Positions 17,794 to 19,862 of a stretch of DNA of 19,862 nucleotides are shown piece after piece (the stretch's first letter is position 1; each line of letters opens with the position of its first letter). This DNA comes from Candidatus Thorarchaeota archaeon. GTDB taxonomy: Archaea > Asgardarchaeota > Thorarchaeia > Thorarchaeales > Thorarchaeaceae. The translations under genes and the position numbers were made by a program. The notes below the pieces were generated by a model. The model was not told where the DNA came from. It saw only the letters and a program-made list of their open reading frames with translations, and did not search any database. The stretch is from positions 1 to 19,862 of the forward strand of contig JBHLQM010000002.1 in the NCBI GenBank assembly GCA_048884785.1, read 5' to 3'.

Positions 17794-18031
17794 GAAGCTT
17801 CCTCAGGAGAGCTCTGTAATCTTTGATTCTTTCATCGTTCAGATGGTATGTTGGCTGCCGCATATCAACCAGGTTTGGAACTTTTCTGCAAAGCTCCGCT
17901 TTGACAAGTTTGCGCAAGGCAAAGCTCACTGTTCGAGGCGGCAAGTTGGCTTTCGTTGATAGTTGTTTGGGACTCATTGGCCCATCCACTTTGAGATGGT
18001 CCAAGATTATTATTGCACTCCTTGGAAGCAT
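17759..18031 (-). CDS. Small winged-helix (MarR/TrmB-like) DNA-binding protein
   Basis: ILDHLKVDGPMSPKQLSTKANLPPRTVSFALRKLVKAEL...DMRQPTYHL. The SD AGGTGA lies 5 nt before ATG 18031, and the track's GTG 18040 is inside that SD. Confidence 0.85.
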   Translation of the reverse strand: MLPRSAIIILDHLKVDGPMSPKQLSTKANLPPRTVSFALRKLVKAELCRKVPNLVDMRQPTYHLNDERIKDYRALLRKLQAELGIHLRGF

Positions 18032-18062
18032 GATTTTCACCTGTGCTCATACAAAGTTGGTC

Positions 18063-18117
18063 GTAGTTCTTGATTAGTTTCTAATGCACGTGCGACAGTG
18101 CATTGAATCATAACTAC
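18063..18117 (-). other. Long imperfect hairpin in the probable 5' leader of the small wHTH gene
   Basis: Three stacked helices: GTAGTT 18063-68 / AACTAC 18112-17, TGATT 18071-75 / AATCA 18106-10, and AATGCAC 18083-89 / GTGCATT 18098-104 (18 bp in total, 8-nt loop). Confidence 0.5.
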
Positions 18118-18129
18118 TATTATGCTGTT

Positions 18130-18162
18130 TTTGGCAATTAATTTATATACTTTATTGCCAAA
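18130..18162. promoter_or_regulatory. TATA box flanked by the 9-bp inverted repeat TTTGGCAAT-N15-ATTGCCAAA
   Basis: TTTATATA at 18142-18149 (TATATAAA on the minus strand, preceded by purine-rich AATAAAG) sits between perfect 9-bp arms, in the divergent gap between two regulator genes. Confidence 0.6.
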
Positions 18163-18271
18163 GCAAACTTCAAATCCAATAACGAGTTTCATATGTCTGA
18201 TACTCAATGCAGCTACTAAGAATCGTCATTGTACAACTTGATTATACTGTAGCCCAGAGGGATGGAACCAA

Positions 18272-19393
18272 GTGAAGAGAACAGCTACAACGGGTAGGAA
18301 GCCACTGGAAGGACTTGATAGAACAGATCTTGATATTCTGAGTGCCCTTGGAAGACTTGGGGGGAAGGTTTCAACGGAAGAGCTTGCACAAATGCCTACT
18401 ATTTCCAAATCTCCACGAACAATCAGGTATCGCTTGAAGCGGCTGAGGGATGAAGAATACCTTGGTCAGCTCTATGCTCAGAGCCATGAGATCAAGTTGG
18501 GTCTCGGTGATTGTATTCTTGTTATGCAGGAAGCCCCAAATTCACGTGGAGCTCTTTCTGACGCTCTGAAATCAGTTCCATGGTTCTATTACCAAGGTCC
18601 ATCGTATGGCAAATACAATGGGTATTTGATGCATGCAATGTATTCATCCGATGATCCTGATGCAGTACGAAGAATTGCTGATGAGCTAGTTTCACTAAAT
18701 CTGGTAAATGACTACCATTGTTTCTATGTTACTGACTACGAATCTCGAAGAGGAGATTTCAGGCATTTCGAATACAATAAGGGATGGGACTGGGACTCAT
18801 CGCGCTGGATTCGTGAGTCTGAAGATTGTATTGCATCAGGTGATGTGACCGATATCAAGCTTGACTACAGTCCAAAACGAATTGATTTTGATGCGAAGGA
18901 CATTCTTCTCATCAGAGAACTGAAAGCTGAGTCGAATCGTTCGCTTAGAGAATTGGGGCAAATAGTCATGCTTTCTGACACACAAGTAAGAAGACGGATT
19001 ACACGTCTTGAGAACGAGGGAATTCTGAAGGGGTATAGGTGGATTCTTAAAAAAGTGGAAAAGCCACTGTTCATCTACTTCTTCATGAATGTGACTCGGA
19101 ACACTGATAGCATTCTAACTTCTTTCTATAGAATGCCTTTTCCAAGTGAAATCATGATGGAATCCAAGAGCAGCTATCTTATTCGGATCCGTCTCTATGG
19201 TACGGAGCTGATAGGTCTCTTGAGAGGAATCACGTTTATGCGCGACTATTTGGATTCCCATATCCTTCAGATTGCTCATGATACATCAGAATCTCCAGTA
19301 GTGAAGGTTGATACGTTCTTCAATGAGGACACCCTATCTTTTCAATTCCCTGTAGACCAGATTATCGAGAACCTACGAAAGAAGTTTGGATAG
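18272..19393 (+). CDS. Tandem-duplicated Lrp/AsnC family transcriptional regulator
   Basis: Two AsnC-type HTH domains, LDRTDLDILSAL...RTIRYRLKRL and FDAKDILLIREL...SLRELG...SDTQVRRRITRLENEGILKGY, each followed by a putative ligand-binding domain. Confidence 0.88.
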   Translation: MKRTATTGRKPLEGLDRTDLDILSALGRLGGKVSTEELAQMPTISKSPRTIRYRLKRLRDEEYLGQLYAQSHEIKLGLGDCILVMQEAPNSRGALSDALKSVPWFYYQGPSYGKYNGYLMHAMYSSDDPDAVRRIADELVSLNLVNDYHCFYVTDYESRRGDFRHFEYNKGWDWDSSRWIRESEDCIASGDVTDIKLDYSPKRIDFDAKDILLIRELKAESNRSLRELGQIVMLSDTQVRRRITRLENEGILKGYRWILKKVEKPLFIYFFMNVTRNTDSILTSFYRMPFPSEIMMESKSSYLIRIRLYGTELIGLLRGITFMRDYLDSHILQIAHDTSESPVVKVDTFFNEDTLSFQFPVDQIIENLRKKFG

Positions 19394-19400
19394 CGCCTCT

Positions 19401-19862
19401 CTAAAATGAGGCTCTTAGTTCGTCGATTAGGTCAGCATTTAGGCTATGCCTTGTGATGACAAAAGTTGCCAGCAAAGGAATGGTAAAACTCAGAAGAAGT
19501 ATTATCGATAGTGTTTCTACAGGCAATACAATAGTAATAGGTAGTCGAAGCCAATCCAATGAACCTGAAACACCAATATACGTTAGAGGTGTTTGCAACA
19601 CAAGTAGACTCAGTAGAGACCCAACAAAAATGCCTATTATTGAGGCCATAGCCATGGTGAGGAATGAATCTATGAGCATCGATCCCAAGACTGACCTTTG
19701 TTGACTTCCCAAGGCACGAATGACTGAAAACTGTTTCCTGAAACTTCTATTCTTCTCCATCGCGACGATGCACATGCCTATTGTCAAATAAAACAATGAA
19801 AACATTACATTGATTGTATAGACTCCATAAATGGAACGGCCAGCTCTTGTACCAATTATCTT
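19401..19862 (-). CDS. FtsX-like ABC transporter permease (3' part; 5' end beyond the window)
   Basis: The frame stays open from 19805 to the window edge (KIIGTRAGRSIYGVYTINVMFSLFYL...). RKQFSVIRALGSQQRSV matches the FtsX R..E.G..RALG motif, and multiple TM segments follow. Confidence 0.85.
   Translation of the reverse strand, partial: KIIGTRAGRSIYGVYTINVMFSLFYLTIGMCIVAMEKNRSFRKQFSVIRALGSQQRSVLGSMLIDSFLTMAMASIIGIFVGSLLSLLVLQTPLTYIGVSGSLDWLRLPITIVLPVETLSIILLLSFTIPLLATFVITRHSLNADLIDELRASF

Noticed and set aside
17745-18072. 9-bp inverted repeats flanking the wHTH gene as MITE/IS terminal repeats
   Set aside because: Too short, with no target-site duplication and no transposase in the window.
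18063-18117. SECIS-like element (AUGA at a stem base on the minus strand)
   Set aside because: No opposing GA to form the quartet, no apical AA loop, located 5' of the gene, and no in-frame UGA selenoprotein candidate nearby.
1-19862. CRISPR array, diversity-generating retroelement, tRNA/rRNA, integrase or transposase
   Set aside because: By eye there are no regularly spaced repeats, no reverse transcriptase or template/variable repeat pair, no cloverleaf and no recombinase motifs.

Overview
An archaeal chromosomal window, judged from GGAG/GGTGA ribosome-binding sites, TATA-type promoters and oligo-T terminators. Gene content suggests Asgard archaea, possibly Thorarchaeota (inference only). 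The main feature is missing from the supplied ORF track: a stop-free minus-strand reading frame from ATG 5862 off the left edge (at least 1954 codons). It encodes a giant secreted, acidic, Tyr/Trp-rich protein with many N-glycosylation sequons, DxDG motifs, an Ig-like C-terminal domain and a Thr-rich linker, so it is a candidate surface/envelope protein. Next come an MFS transporter with an unusual Cys-pair plus TerB-like tail, CorA, a membrane-anchored beta-propeller protein and an AbrB-like protein. These are followed by zinc-ribbon/membrane proteins, a short MGMT, PspC, a membrane-tethered wHTH regulator, an ArsN2-like GNAT, a second MFS and an APH-like kinase. The right end holds a small wHTH regulator, a tandem Lrp/AsnC regulator and the 3' part of an FtsX-like ABC permease. 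The small wHTH gene is framed by a palindrome-flanked TATA box, a long 5' leader hairpin and a 3' hairpin with a U-tract. No rRNA, tRNA, CRISPR or mobile element was seen.
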